A DNA stretch of 64,000 nt, from sequence record OQ349392.1; one strand, 5' to 3'. The DNA comes from Escherichia phage KIT06. Both the position numbers and the translations under genes were made by a program. Below the pieces are notes generated by a model that was given only the letters and a program-made list of their open reading frames with translations, made no database searches and was not told the DNA's origin. This document shows, one piece after another, positions 10,117-19,508 of this stretch (its first letter is position 1; each line of letters starts with the position of its first letter).

Positions 10117-10943
10117 AGCCAACTATTTTGACTGATATTGATGGAGTATGTTTAAGCTGGCAATCAGGCCTTCCTTATTTTGCTCAGAAATATAATCTTC
10201 CGTTAGAACATATTTTAAAAATGATCCAAGATGAGAAATTTATTTCTCCAGGTAAACTCTTTAATTGTGACGAAGAACTTGGCGTCAAGTTAATTGAAAA
10301 ATACAATCGTTCAGATTTTATTCGTTACTTGTCTCCGTATAAAGATGCCCTGTGTGTAATTAACAAATTAAAAGAAGATTATAATTTTGTAGCTGTTACA
10401 GCATTGGGTGATTCTATTGACGCTCTGTTGAATCGTCAATTTAATTTGAATGCTCTTTTTCCTGGTGCTTTCTCGGAAGTAATGATGTGTGGTCATGATT
10501 CTTCAAAAGAAGAGCTGTTCAAAAAGGCAAAAGAGAAATATAACGTAATTTGTTATATTGACGATCTCGCTCATCACTGCGATCATGCGAGTGAAATATT
10601 AAATGTTCCTGTTTATTGGATGGCTCGAGGGGAGCGTGATAATATTCCAAAAACTGCTCAGCGAGTTTATACATGGAATGATGTAGAAAATAAGCTTTTT
10701 TCGCCGAAGGAAAATAAAGAAAGTTTTGATAGTGAAAAAGCTATAAAAGATTTAATTGAGAAGATGGTTAAAAACGATTCTTTTCCTTGGAACACTACCT
10801 GGAGAACGCCTGGATTAAATCCTTATAATCATCCATATCAGACACATCCGTTTCAGACATGGAACTATATTAAACCTGGTGGCATAGAGTATTTGTATAA
10901 TAGACCTACTAGTGGTGATAATATTTTTCAAGGAGCATTCTAA
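10113..10943 (+). CDS. HAD-superfamily-like hydrolase, possible nucleotidase, 276 aa (30.2 position)
   Basis: N-terminal ILTDIDGV (HAD motif I DxDGx), later VAVTA and YIDDLAHH consistent with HAD motifs II and IV. Confidence 0.65.
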   Translation: MKPTILTDIDGVCLSWQSGLPYFAQKYNLPLEHILKMIQDEKFISPGKLFNCDEELGVKLIEKYNRSDFIRYLSPYKDALCVINKLKEDYNFVAVTALGDSIDALLNRQFNLNALFPGAFSEVMMCGHDSSKEELFKKAKEKYNVICYIDDLAHHCDHASEILNVPVYWMARGERDNIPKTAQRVYTWNDVENKLFSPKENKESFDSEKAIKDLIEKMVKNDSFPWNTTWRTPGLNPYNHPYQTHPFQTWNYIKPGGIEYLYNRPTSGDNIFQGAF

Positions 10944-11209
10944 TGTTTGTTGTTCATACTATTTATGAAAATGAAGGTAATACTACACGTGATTACGGTC
11001 ACGTAAATCAATTTTTTAGATGCAATCCAGAATTCCGTGCTCAAAAAGACGAACGAATTTTTAAAAAATGTGTAGAACAAGGTTTCATTTACGTCAAGCA
11101 CTGGATGCAAGGAAATAAAGTTAGAACTACATATCATAAGTCTTTGCCTGAGCTTAATGATGAATTGATTTATAATAGAGCTGTAAACCAAACCTTGAAG
11201 GATGAATAA
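10943..11209 (+). CDS. Hypothetical protein, 88 aa (30.1 position)
   Basis: ORF track; AAGGAG SD; stop overlaps ligase start. Confidence 0.6.
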   Translation: MFVVHTIYENEGNTTRDYGHVNQFFRCNPEFRAQKDERIFKKCVEQGFIYVKHWMQGNKVRTTYHKSLPELNDELIYNRAVNQTLKDE

Positions 11210-12669
11210 TGATTCTTAAAATTCTGAATGAAATAGCATCTATTGGTTCAACTAAGCAGAAGCAAGCAATTCTTGAAAAGAATAAAGATAATGAATTGCT
11301 TAAACGAGTATATCGTCTGACTTATTCTCGTGGGTTACAGTATTATATCAAGAAATGGCCTAAACCTGGTATTGCTACCCAGAGTTTTGGAATGCTGACT
11401 ATTACCGATATGCTTGACTTCATTGAATTCACGTTAGCTACTCGGAAATTAACTGGCAATGCAGCAATTGAGGAATTAACTGGATATATCACCGATGGTA
11501 AAAAGGATGATGTTGAAGTTTTGCGTCGAGTTATGATGCGAGACCTTGAATGCGGTGCTTCAGTATCTATTGCAAACAAAGTTTGGCCAGGTTTAATTCC
11601 TGAACAACCTCAAATGCTGGCAAGTTCTTATGATGAAAAAGGCATTAGTAAGAATATCAAGTTTCCAGCTTTTGCGCAGTTAAAAGCAGATGGAGCTCGG
11701 TGTTTTGCTGAAGTCCGAGGTGATGAATTAGATGATGTTCGTCTTTTATCACGAGCTGGCAATGAATACCTAGGATTAGATCTTCTTAAGGAAGAGTTAA
11801 TCAAAATGACTGCTGAAGCCCGCCAGATTCATCCAGAAGGTGTGTTAATTGATGGCGAATTGGTATACCATGAGCAAGTTGAAAAGGAACCAGAAGGCCT
11901 AGATTTTCTTTTTGATGCTCCTGAAATCAGTAAAGCTAAAGAATTCGCCGAAGTAGCTGAATCACGTACTGCTTCTAATGGAATCGCCAATAAATCTTTA
12001 AAGGGAACTATTTCAGAAAAAGAAGCCAAATGTATGAAGTTTCAGGTCTGGGATTATGTTCCGTTGGTAGAAATATACGGTCTTCCGGCGTTTCGTTTAA
12101 AATATGATGTACGTTTTTCTAAACTAGAACAAATGACATCAGGATATGATAAAGTAATTTTAATTGAAAACCAAGTAGTAAATAACCTAGATGAAGCTAA
12201 GGTAATTTATAAAAAATATATTGACCAAGGTCTTGAAGGTATTATTCTCAAAAATACCGATGGATTGTGGGAAAATGCTCGTTCAAAAAATCTCTATAAA
12301 TTTAAAGAAGTAATTGATGTTGATTTAAAAATTGTAGGAATTTATCCTCACCGTAAAGACCCTACTAAAGCAGGTGGATTTATTCTTGAGTCAGAGTGTG
12401 GAAAAATTAAAGTAAATGCTGGTTCAGGCTTAAAAGATAAAGCCGGTGTAAAATCACATGAACTTGACCGTACTCGCATTATGGAAAACCAAAATTATTA
12501 TATTGGAAAAATTCTAGAGTGCGAATGCAACGGTTGGCTAAAATCTGATGGCCGCACTGATTACGTAAAATTATTTCTTCCAATTGCGATTCGTTTGCGT
12601 GAAGATAAAACAAAAGCTAATACATTCGAGGATGTATTTGGTGATTTTCATGAGGTAACTGGTCTATGA
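11209..12669 (+). CDS. 30: ATP-dependent DNA ligase, 486 aa
   Basis: Adenylation motif KADGAR; MILKILNEIASIGSTKQKQAILEKNKDNELL matches remembered T4 gp30. Confidence 0.95.
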   Translation: MILKILNEIASIGSTKQKQAILEKNKDNELLKRVYRLTYSRGLQYYIKKWPKPGIATQSFGMLTITDMLDFIEFTLATRKLTGNAAIEELTGYITDGKKDDVEVLRRVMMRDLECGASVSIANKVWPGLIPEQPQMLASSYDEKGISKNIKFPAFAQLKADGARCFAEVRGDELDDVRLLSRAGNEYLGLDLLKEELIKMTAEARQIHPEGVLIDGELVYHEQVEKEPEGLDFLFDAPEISKAKEFAEVAESRTASNGIANKSLKGTISEKEAKCMKFQVWDYVPLVEIYGLPAFRLKYDVRFSKLEQMTSGYDKVILIENQVVNNLDEAKVIYKKYIDQGLEGIILKNTDGLWENARSKNLYKFKEVIDVDLKIVGIYPHRKDPTKAGGFILESECGKIKVNAGSGLKDKAGVKSHELDRTRIMENQNYYIGKILECECNGWLKSDGRTDYVKLFLPIAIRLREDKTKANTFEDVFGDFHEVTGL

Positions 12670-12854
12670 AAGCTTACTTAGAAACAATTGTCATTGCTCA
12701 AAAAGAAGGTGGAGATGTTTCTACTTCTGTATCACAAGTCATTCTCGAATTTGTAGATGCATATGCTTATAATAAATTTACAGAAACATTTGATGCCTAC
12801 GAAAAAGGTCCAAAGTTTGAAATATATCGTACTCTCTTACCATTAGATTATTAA
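12666..12854 (+). CDS. Hypothetical protein, 62 aa
   Basis: ORF track; coupled to ligase stop; followed by hairpin terminator. Confidence 0.55.
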   Translation: MKAYLETIVIAQKEGGDVSTSVSQVILEFVDAYAYNKFTETFDAYEKGPKFEIYRTLLPLDY

Positions 12855-12855
12855 A

Positions 12856-12871
12856 GGCCTTCGGGCCTTTA
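12856..12871 (+). terminator. Hairpin AAGGCC-TTCG-GGCCTT after the gene 30 operon
   Basis: 6-bp stem, UUCG loop, followed by TTTAATTTTA. Confidence 0.5.
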
Positions 12872-12875
12872 ATTT

Positions 12876-12883
12876 TATAAATA
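12876..12883 (+). promoter_or_regulatory. Late promoter TATAAATA for alt
   Basis: Exact TATAAATA about 20 nt upstream of the alt ATG; Alt is a late, head-packaged protein in T4. Confidence 0.6.
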
Positions 12884-12903
12884 GAATAAACACTAGAGAG
12901 GAT

Positions 12904-15000
12904 ATGATGGAACTCATTACAGAATTATTTGACGAAGATACTACTCTTCCGATTACAAACTTAAATCCAAAGAAGAAAATACCGCAAATTTTTTCAGTTC
13001 ATGTTGATGACGCAATTGAACAACCAGGCTTTCGTTTATGTACCTATACATCTGGAGGTGATACTAACCGTGATCTAAAGATGGGCGATAAAATGATGCA
13101 CATTGTTCCTTTTACATTAACTGCTAAAGGTTCAATTGCTAAATTGAAAGGTCTCGGTCCAAGCCCAATTAATTACATCAATTCAGTTTTTACTGTTGCG
13201 ATGCAAACGATGCGTCAGTATAAAATTGATGCCTGCATGCTTCGTATTCTTAAGTCTAAAACTGCCGGTCAAGCTCGACAAATTCAAGTTATTGCTGATA
13301 GACTTATCCGTAGTCGTTCGGGTGGCAGATACGTCCTTCTTAAGGAACTCTGGGATTACGATAAAAAGTACGCATATATTCTTATACATCGCAAAAATGT
13401 ATCACTAGAAGACATTCCAGGAGTTCCGGAAATTAGTACCGAGCTCTTTACTAAAGTTGAATCGAAAGTCGGCGATGTTTATATCAATAAAGATACTGGA
13501 GCTCAAGTAACTAAAAATGAGGCAATTGCTGCATCTATTGCGCAAGAAAATGATAAGCGTTCTGACCAAGCTGTAATCGTTAAAGTTAAAATTTCCCGTA
13601 GAGCAATTGCGCAAAGTCAGTCATTGGAATCTTCTAGATTTGAAAGCGAATTATTCCAGAAATATGAATCTACCGCAGCTAATTTCAATAAACCCGCTAC
13701 AGCTCCTTTAATTCCCGAAGCAGAAGAAATGAAGCTTGGAATTAATTCATTAGCTTCTAAAACTAAGGCAGCAAAAATTATTGCTGAAGGAACTGCAGAT
13801 GAACTTCACTATGACTATAAATTCTTTTCAAAAAGTGAGGTTAATGAAGTTTCTGAAAAAATTAAAGACGTAATTCTTAATGCGATTAAAAATGAACCAA
13901 CTACTTCAATAAAATGTTTAGAGAAGTATGCAGCAGCTATTAATAAATTCTTTGAAGAATATAAAGATACTTGGCTTGATAAACATAATAAAACCCGTAA
14001 AGGACAGCCAGATGAAGTCTGGGAAGAAATAACTAAAAATTCCTGGAACGCAGCAAAAACTAAATTCCTCAAACGAATGATTTATAGCTTTTCTGGAATT
14101 GGTGCAGGTCCAATGATTGATATTACTATTGCCCGTGATGGTTCTAAATATACTCCATCACAAAAGCGCGGCATTAGAGAATATTGTGGTTCAGGATATA
14201 CTGACATCAATAATCTTCTTTTAGGACGCTACAATCCAGAACGATATGATGTAATGAGTGAAAAAGAAATTGAATCTGCGATAAATAATTTAGATTCAGC
14301 CTTTGAAAATGGTGACCGTATACCAGAAGGCATTACAGTTTATCGTGCTCAAAGTATGACTGCTCCTATATACGAAGCGCTAGTTAAAAATAAAGTGTTC
14401 TATTTCAGAAATTTTGTATCTACTTCTTTAACTCCTATCATTTTTGGACGTTTTGGAATTACACATGCTGGTATCGGTCTTTTAGAACCAGAAGCTCGTA
14501 ATGAATTAACAGTTGATAAAAATGAAGAAGGAATAACTATTAATCCGAACGAAATAAGAGCGTATAAAGAAAATCCTGAATACGTTAAAGTTCAAATAGG
14601 ATGGGCAATTGATGGAGCTCATAAAGTTAATGTTGTATATCCAGGGAGTCTCGGAATAGCAACAGAAGCTGAAGTAATTCTACCACGCGGATTGATGGTC
14701 AAAGTTAATAAAATAACTGATGCTTCTAATAATGACGGAACAACATCTAATAACACAAAACTCATTCAAGCTGAAGTTATGACTACGGAAGAACTCACCG
14801 AATCAGTAATTTATGACGGTGACCGTCTAATGGAAACTGGTGAAGTAGTTGCAATGACAGATGATATTGAAATAGAAGACAGAGTTGACTTTGCATCATT
14901 TGTTTCATCAAATGTTAAACAGAAAGCAGAATCATCTCTCGGAATTATTGCGTCTTGCATAGATATTACAAACATGCCTTACAAGTTCGTTCAAGGATAA
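12904..15000 (+). CDS. alt: Alt-family mono-ADP-ribosyltransferase (head-packaged), 698 aa
   Basis: N-terminus MELITELFD (LxE-type prohead-protease site); R-S-E ADP-ribosyltransferase triad context (YRAQS, FVSTSLTP, ATEAEVILPRG); late promoter TATAAATA about 25 bp upstream. May start at the second ATG (12907). Confidence 0.85.
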   Translation: MMELITELFDEDTTLPITNLNPKKKIPQIFSVHVDDAIEQPGFRLCTYTSGGDTNRDLKMGDKMMHIVPFTLTAKGSIAKLKGLGPSPINYINSVFTVAMQTMRQYKIDACMLRILKSKTAGQARQIQVIADRLIRSRSGGRYVLLKELWDYDKKYAYILIHRKNVSLEDIPGVPEISTELFTKVESKVGDVYINKDTGAQVTKNEAIAASIAQENDKRSDQAVIVKVKISRRAIAQSQSLESSRFESELFQKYESTAANFNKPATAPLIPEAEEMKLGINSLASKTKAAKIIAEGTADELHYDYKFFSKSEVNEVSEKIKDVILNAIKNEPTTSIKCLEKYAAAINKFFEEYKDTWLDKHNKTRKGQPDEVWEEITKNSWNAAKTKFLKRMIYSFSGIGAGPMIDITIARDGSKYTPSQKRGIREYCGSGYTDINNLLLGRYNPERYDVMSEKEIESAINNLDSAFENGDRIPEGITVYRAQSMTAPIYEALVKNKVFYFRNFVSTSLTPIIFGRFGITHAGIGLLEPEARNELTVDKNEEGITINPNEIRAYKENPEYVKVQIGWAIDGAHKVNVVYPGSLGIATEAEVILPRGLMVKVNKITDASNNDGTTSNNTKLIQAEVMTTEELTESVIYDGDRLMETGEVVAMTDDIEIEDRVDFASFVSSNVKQKAESSLGIIASCIDITNMPYKFVQG

Positions 15001-15003
15001 ATC

Positions 15004-17061
15004 ATGGAACTTATTACAGAATTATTTGACGGCGCTTCGGCGCCGGTTGTTAACTTAAATCCTAAGCATAAAATACCTCAAATTTTTGCTATTCAAGCCG
15101 GCGAAGAAAGTGTGCTTCCTGGATTTAGATTTTGTACATACACCTCTGGCGGTGATACAAATAAAAACGTTAAGCCAGGCGATAAAATGATGCATATCGT
15201 AATGATAGGTGTTAATGAGAAACTATCATTAGTTAAACTTAAAAACTTGGGTGGAAATCCAATTGGTGTCATTAATGCAGTTTTTGATACTGCTCTTCAA
15301 ACAATGAAACAGTATAAAATTGACGCATGCTTATTCCGCGTACTAAAGAGTAAAACAAATGGCGCTGCTCGTCAAATGCAAGTTATTGCCGACCGTTTAG
15401 TACGTACTAAAGGAGCAGGTCGATATGTTCTTTTAAAGGAAATCTGGGACTATGATAAGAAATATGCATATATTATGGTTTACCGTAAAAATGCCAATTT
15501 AGAAGACATTCCAGGTGTACCTCCTATTTCAACTGAGTTATTCACAAAAGTTGAATCAAAGGTTGGTGATGTTTATGTAGATGTTAAAACAGGTAATGCT
15601 GTTCCTAAAGCTGTTGCTGTTGCTGCTTCTATTGCTTTAGAAAATGATAAGCGTACGGATCAAGCTGTTATTCAGAAAACTAAAATTAGCCGTCGATTAG
15701 CAGCTCAGGCTCAATATTCTACTGTCGATGCTTCACTTCAGGGTGATAGCTTCGCTGCTAAGAAATATCAAGAGTTTGAATCTAAAGTTCCGGTATATAA
15801 AGCAGAAGGACCAATGAACTCTGGCGTTATTCAGGTTGGTTCAAACTTCAGTAAAGGAGCTATCGGTGGTATGAGAAGTGCTTCTCGTTTTAAATCTAGT
15901 GATTATGAACTAGAAAGCTTCAGAAATCATATTGCATTGGCTCATGCACGTTTACGTGATCCATCTATCAAGTTACAGAGCGATATAACATATCAAGGTT
16001 CTCAGGAATATTTAAAGAATAAAGAATTTTTTGATTATAAAACTGATAAAATTTTAAGCGATCTCGCTGACATTAATATTTCTAATAGCTTTGATGTTAT
16101 TAAGAAAATTATCAATGATTTAGTTAAAGGTTCTAAAGCCACGCCAGATGAAAAGGTAGCTATTGTTCAATTTGTCATGAATGGCATTTATAAATTGATT
16201 AATGAGTCTGCTTCTCAAGCGTATGAATATGCAAGTACTGAAGTACCCCCAAAAGGATTAACTCGGGCTGAGTCTGATGTAATTGAAGATTATTGCGCAG
16301 ATTCATATGTTGAAATGAACTCGTTCCTTTTAGGTAAACCAGATTCTACTCGTGAAGAATACATGGAACGAGCTATTAAACACATCGAGACAATGGATTC
16401 TGCCTTTGCCAAAGGATCAGTTCTTCCTCCAGGAACTACGCTTTATCGTGGACAAGAAGTTACTTTTAAAACTTTACGCCATAATATTGAAAATAAAATG
16501 TTCTATTTCAAGAACTTCGTATCAACATCGCTTAAACCAAATATCTTCGGTGAGTATGGTAAAAACTATATGGCCCTAGATGATTCTGGTGCAGTATTTT
16601 CTGGTGAAGGAGAAGGTTCAGTTGATGCTGAAGATTTAATGCATATGGGCAGTCACTCTGCTTACGCGAATGAAGATGCTGAAACTAGCGTGGGTATGGT
16701 AATTAAAGGGGCTGAGCGAATCAAAGTTATCGTTCCAGGTCATTTATCAGGATTTCCATCAGAAGCTGAAGTTATTCTACCGCGCGGAATTTTACTGAAG
16801 ATTAATAAAGTAAGTACGTACTTTATGAAAGAAACTGCTTATAACAAGTATCTAATAGAAGGTACAATCGTTCCTCCTTCTGAACAATTAGAGGAATCGG
16901 TATATGATGGCGAGCATCTAATGGAAACTGGCGAAGTTCGTCCAATGGCTGGATTTAATCAATTCCTTGTAGAAGAATCAAAAGAAGAGGAAAACGAAGT
17001 TTCTCAAATCTTGGCTTCTTTGGTTAACATCAACGGAATGTCTAAAAAGTTCAAAATGTAG
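15004..17061 (+). CDS. Second Alt-family ADP-ribosyltransferase paralog, 685 aa
   Basis: Same N-terminal MELITELFD, conserved first ~230 aa, diverged middle, conserved ART motifs (YRGQE, FVSTSLKP, PSEAEVILPRG) and C-terminal ESVYDGEHLMETGEV; starts 3 nt after the first alt stop. Confidence 0.85.
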   Translation: MELITELFDGASAPVVNLNPKHKIPQIFAIQAGEESVLPGFRFCTYTSGGDTNKNVKPGDKMMHIVMIGVNEKLSLVKLKNLGGNPIGVINAVFDTALQTMKQYKIDACLFRVLKSKTNGAARQMQVIADRLVRTKGAGRYVLLKEIWDYDKKYAYIMVYRKNANLEDIPGVPPISTELFTKVESKVGDVYVDVKTGNAVPKAVAVAASIALENDKRTDQAVIQKTKISRRLAAQAQYSTVDASLQGDSFAAKKYQEFESKVPVYKAEGPMNSGVIQVGSNFSKGAIGGMRSASRFKSSDYELESFRNHIALAHARLRDPSIKLQSDITYQGSQEYLKNKEFFDYKTDKILSDLADINISNSFDVIKKIINDLVKGSKATPDEKVAIVQFVMNGIYKLINESASQAYEYASTEVPPKGLTRAESDVIEDYCADSYVEMNSFLLGKPDSTREEYMERAIKHIETMDSAFAKGSVLPPGTTLYRGQEVTFKTLRHNIENKMFYFKNFVSTSLKPNIFGEYGKNYMALDDSGAVFSGEGEGSVDAEDLMHMGSHSAYANEDAETSVGMVIKGAERIKVIVPGHLSGFPSEAEVILPRGILLKINKVSTYFMKETAYNKYLIEGTIVPPSEQLEESVYDGEHLMETGEVRPMAGFNQFLVEESKEEENEVSQILASLVNINGMSKKFKM

Positions 17062-17114
17062 TTTACAAGTCCCTCGTGTTGTGTTACAGTAGTCTTACTG
17101 ACATAACATGAGGA
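17061..17114 (+). repeat. 54-bp perfect direct repeat, copy 2 (after alt paralog, before 96-aa ORF)
   Basis: Identical to 1966-2019; first base is the last base of the upstream TAG stop; ends in GAGGA 7 nt before the ATG at 17122. Confidence 0.85.
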
Positions 17115-17121
17115 ACACAAA

Positions 17122-17412
17122 ATGAAATCTTCTTTACGCTTTTTAGGTCAAGAACTTGTAGTTGAAGGCGTTATTCCTGCTGATAATGCTTTTAATGAAG
17201 CAGTTTACGATGAATTTATTAAAATTTTTGGAACAGATAAAAAGTTCGGAATTTTTCCTTCTGAAAATTTTTCAAAGCCAGAACAGACTGAAAGCATTTT
17301 CCAAGGTGTAGTAACAGGCAAATTTGAGTCAGAAGCTCCGGTAAAAATTGAAGTTTATATTGAAGACAGTTTAGTTGCTTCAGTTGCTGCTTTTATTTCA
17401 TTCCGTAAATAA
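17122..17412 (+). CDS. Hypothetical protein, 96 aa
   Basis: ORF track; preceded by the 54-bp repeat cassette providing GAGGA SD. Confidence 0.6.
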   Translation: MKSSLRFLGQELVVEGVIPADNAFNEAVYDEFIKIFGTDKKFGIFPSENFSKPEQTESIFQGVVTGKFESEAPVKIEVYIEDSLVASVAAFISFRK

Positions 17413-17418
17413 AAACAT

Positions 17419-17436
17419 GGGGACCGAAAGGTCCCC
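17419..17436. terminator. Bidirectional hairpin GGGGACC-GAAA-GGTCCCC between convergent 96-aa ORF and gene 54
   Basis: 7-bp GC stem with GAAA tetraloop between two convergent stops. Confidence 0.55.
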
Positions 17437-17440
17437 GTTG

Positions 17441-18406
17441 TTATATTGCTCCTAATATTTTACTCTGCGAATTGACAATCCCTGTCATAGTATTAATGTT
17501 TGAAATGCTTCCCGCAGTTCCTCCTAATCTACTAAGTCGTGAAAGCGAATTAGATAGTCCAGTAACACCTCCGCTATTTCCGAGAACGCTTTGAATGCCA
17601 TTTATAGCAGCAGATTCAAGCCATTCAAGCGCAGCTTGTCTATCAACCGACCCAGCCTGCATGACTCTATACGCAAAAGTAACATCAAATGTAGTTATTT
17701 GGTTATCTCCATCATATGATAACTCAGGAGCGCTCACTGACACTGGAATGCATCCGGTGAACATCACCGCAGTATGAGGCAATCCATTGCGAGCATGAAG
17801 ATTAACTTGAATATCTGCCTCGACATCTTGTGGCAAAGCACGCAATCCAGTTACTGGGTCTTGAACAGCGTTAACCCAGTCTTGCATTGCACGATAGTTA
17901 CATGCTTCTGAATCCATTCTAAATGAAATAACCAAAGGGTCTAATTCTCTTCCGGTTATGCGAATATTAGGAGAATTGTAGTTCCAGTCAGTTTCATAGG
18001 ATAATCTATTCTCTGGCATTTTTACAGAATATATCATCAATCCAGATGAGTTATATGCCATGTTAAAGAAGTCAATTAAATATGTACCAACTGTAAATGA
18101 GCCCAATAAACTTTGAACCGTACGTTGACTCATGGCACCAATAAGATATTTACTAACCCCTGATTTTCTTATCAGTTTTTGTGTGCCAGCTGTAATTAGC
18201 GTAGTAATTCCCTGATTAATATCACCTTGAGTTAATCCTAACCAATCTGAATTTAGGCCCAAGTTATTATAAGAAAAGTTGCTAATTGAACTTATCAACG
18301 AAGAGCTTTTAGTTGATGGAGTTGTTGCAAAAACGCAGCTAAACATATTATTACGTTGGAAATCTGCGTTTATTGCTTGATTATTAAATTCCTCTAAAGA
18401 ATACAT
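17441..18406 (-). CDS. 54: Baseplate tail-tube initiator gp54
   Basis: 321-aa ORF MYSLEEFNNQAINADFQRNN... as remembered for T4 gp54; last gene of the 51-27-28-29-48-54 late operon. Confidence 0.9.
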   Translation of the reverse strand: MYSLEEFNNQAINADFQRNNMFSCVFATTPSTKSSSLISSISNFSYNNLGLNSDWLGLTQGDINQGITTLITAGTQKLIRKSGVSKYLIGAMSQRTVQSLLGSFTVGTYLIDFFNMAYNSSGLMIYSVKMPENRLSYETDWNYNSPNIRITGRELDPLVISFRMDSEACNYRAMQDWVNAVQDPVTGLRALPQDVEADIQVNLHARNGLPHTAVMFTGCIPVSVSAPELSYDGDNQITTFDVTFAYRVMQAGSVDRQAALEWLESAAINGIQSVLGNSGGVTGLSNSLSRLSRLGGTAGSISNINTMTGIVNSQSKILGAI

Positions 18407-19500
18407 TAAAAAGTCCCCGCATATAAAGAAGCACGGTTTAACGTGATAATTTCTCTCATAGTAATCTCGAGAGTAAATGTACTAGGGAGGTTTGGAGCAA
18501 TAGCTAATCCGTTAAAGTTACCATTAGGTGTTTTATCAAATCTAATGCTCTGTATTTGGCATGGACCAAATATTTCCGTTTTTCCATCAAACTTAGATGT
18601 TGCACCAAAGTTTTTCACCATCCAAACTGTCGGGTTTGAAACTACAAGAACGTTCGTTAAACTTGCTGTCATTTTCTCAAATAGTGTTTTATTTTTAGCT
18701 GCGTCTTCCGGAGATAAAGGTTCAATTAATGTAGAACGATACCAATCATCTAAATACCCCTTTATTTCAGCAGCATATTGAGATTTGCCAGTTTCACCAT
18801 AAGAAAAATAGTTAAAATATTGATAGATATTGATAATAGCCATCAAATCTTCTGTTGAACGTGGAGTCAAATCCCATGTAAACACTTTAGTTCTATTTTC
18901 AGCACCACCATACATACTTCTGGCTGTCGTATAAATCTGCTCATTATTATCAGCCATTATACCTTGTGTTATACTTTCCAGTGCCCCAAATACTGCGGTT
19001 GAAGCAATATTACTTAGCACACCAGTAGCAGTACCTCCGCCTCTACTAATAAGACTTTCTTGAACATCATTAAATCTATGTGATGATGTGTCAACATCAG
19101 ATTTAGATCTCGGTAAAAGAATGTTTGCGACAGGAGCTTTACTTATTGTTCCTGAATTGTTATTTGATATTAATCCATTTGATAGTTTTGATACTGTACT
19201 ACTAATAGTGTTTCTAGCTGTACTTAAAATACTCGAAGATGAAGAAGAGTAGTTAGATCTCATCGATCTAAGACTTCCAGAATCCCTAGATGACATATTG
19301 TATGCAGTAAATAATAATCCATTCTTATATAGATCTGTTACCTGGAAGTCCCCTGTAGTGTCATTACCACTAGCACGCCCAGTTGGAAACTGGGCGGTGT
19401 ATGTTTTAGTTGCTACTTCTGATTTAGTACTCTGTCCGGCTGAAATTTTCTCACCGGACTTTTTAATTAAATCAGCAGTTATTTCTTTAACAATTGCCAT
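18406..19500 (-). CDS. 48: Baseplate tail-tube cap gp48
   Basis: 364-aa ORF, length and synteny as T4 gp48; stop overlaps gene 54 start. Confidence 0.9.
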   Translation of the reverse strand: MAIVKEITADLIKKSGEKISAGQSTKSEVATKTYTAQFPTGRASGNDTTGDFQVTDLYKNGLLFTAYNMSSRDSGSLRSMRSNYSSSSSSILSTARNTISSTVSKLSNGLISNNNSGTISKAPVANILLPRSKSDVDTSSHRFNDVQESLISRGGGTATGVLSNIASTAVFGALESITQGIMADNNEQIYTTARSMYGGAENRTKVFTWDLTPRSTEDLMAIINIYQYFNYFSYGETGKSQYAAEIKGYLDDWYRSTLIEPLSPEDAAKNKTLFEKMTASLTNVLVVSNPTVWMVKNFGATSKFDGKTEIFGPCQIQSIRFDKTPNGNFNGLAIAPNLPSTFTLEITMREIITLNRASLYAGTF

Positions 19501-19508
19501 ATTATTCC

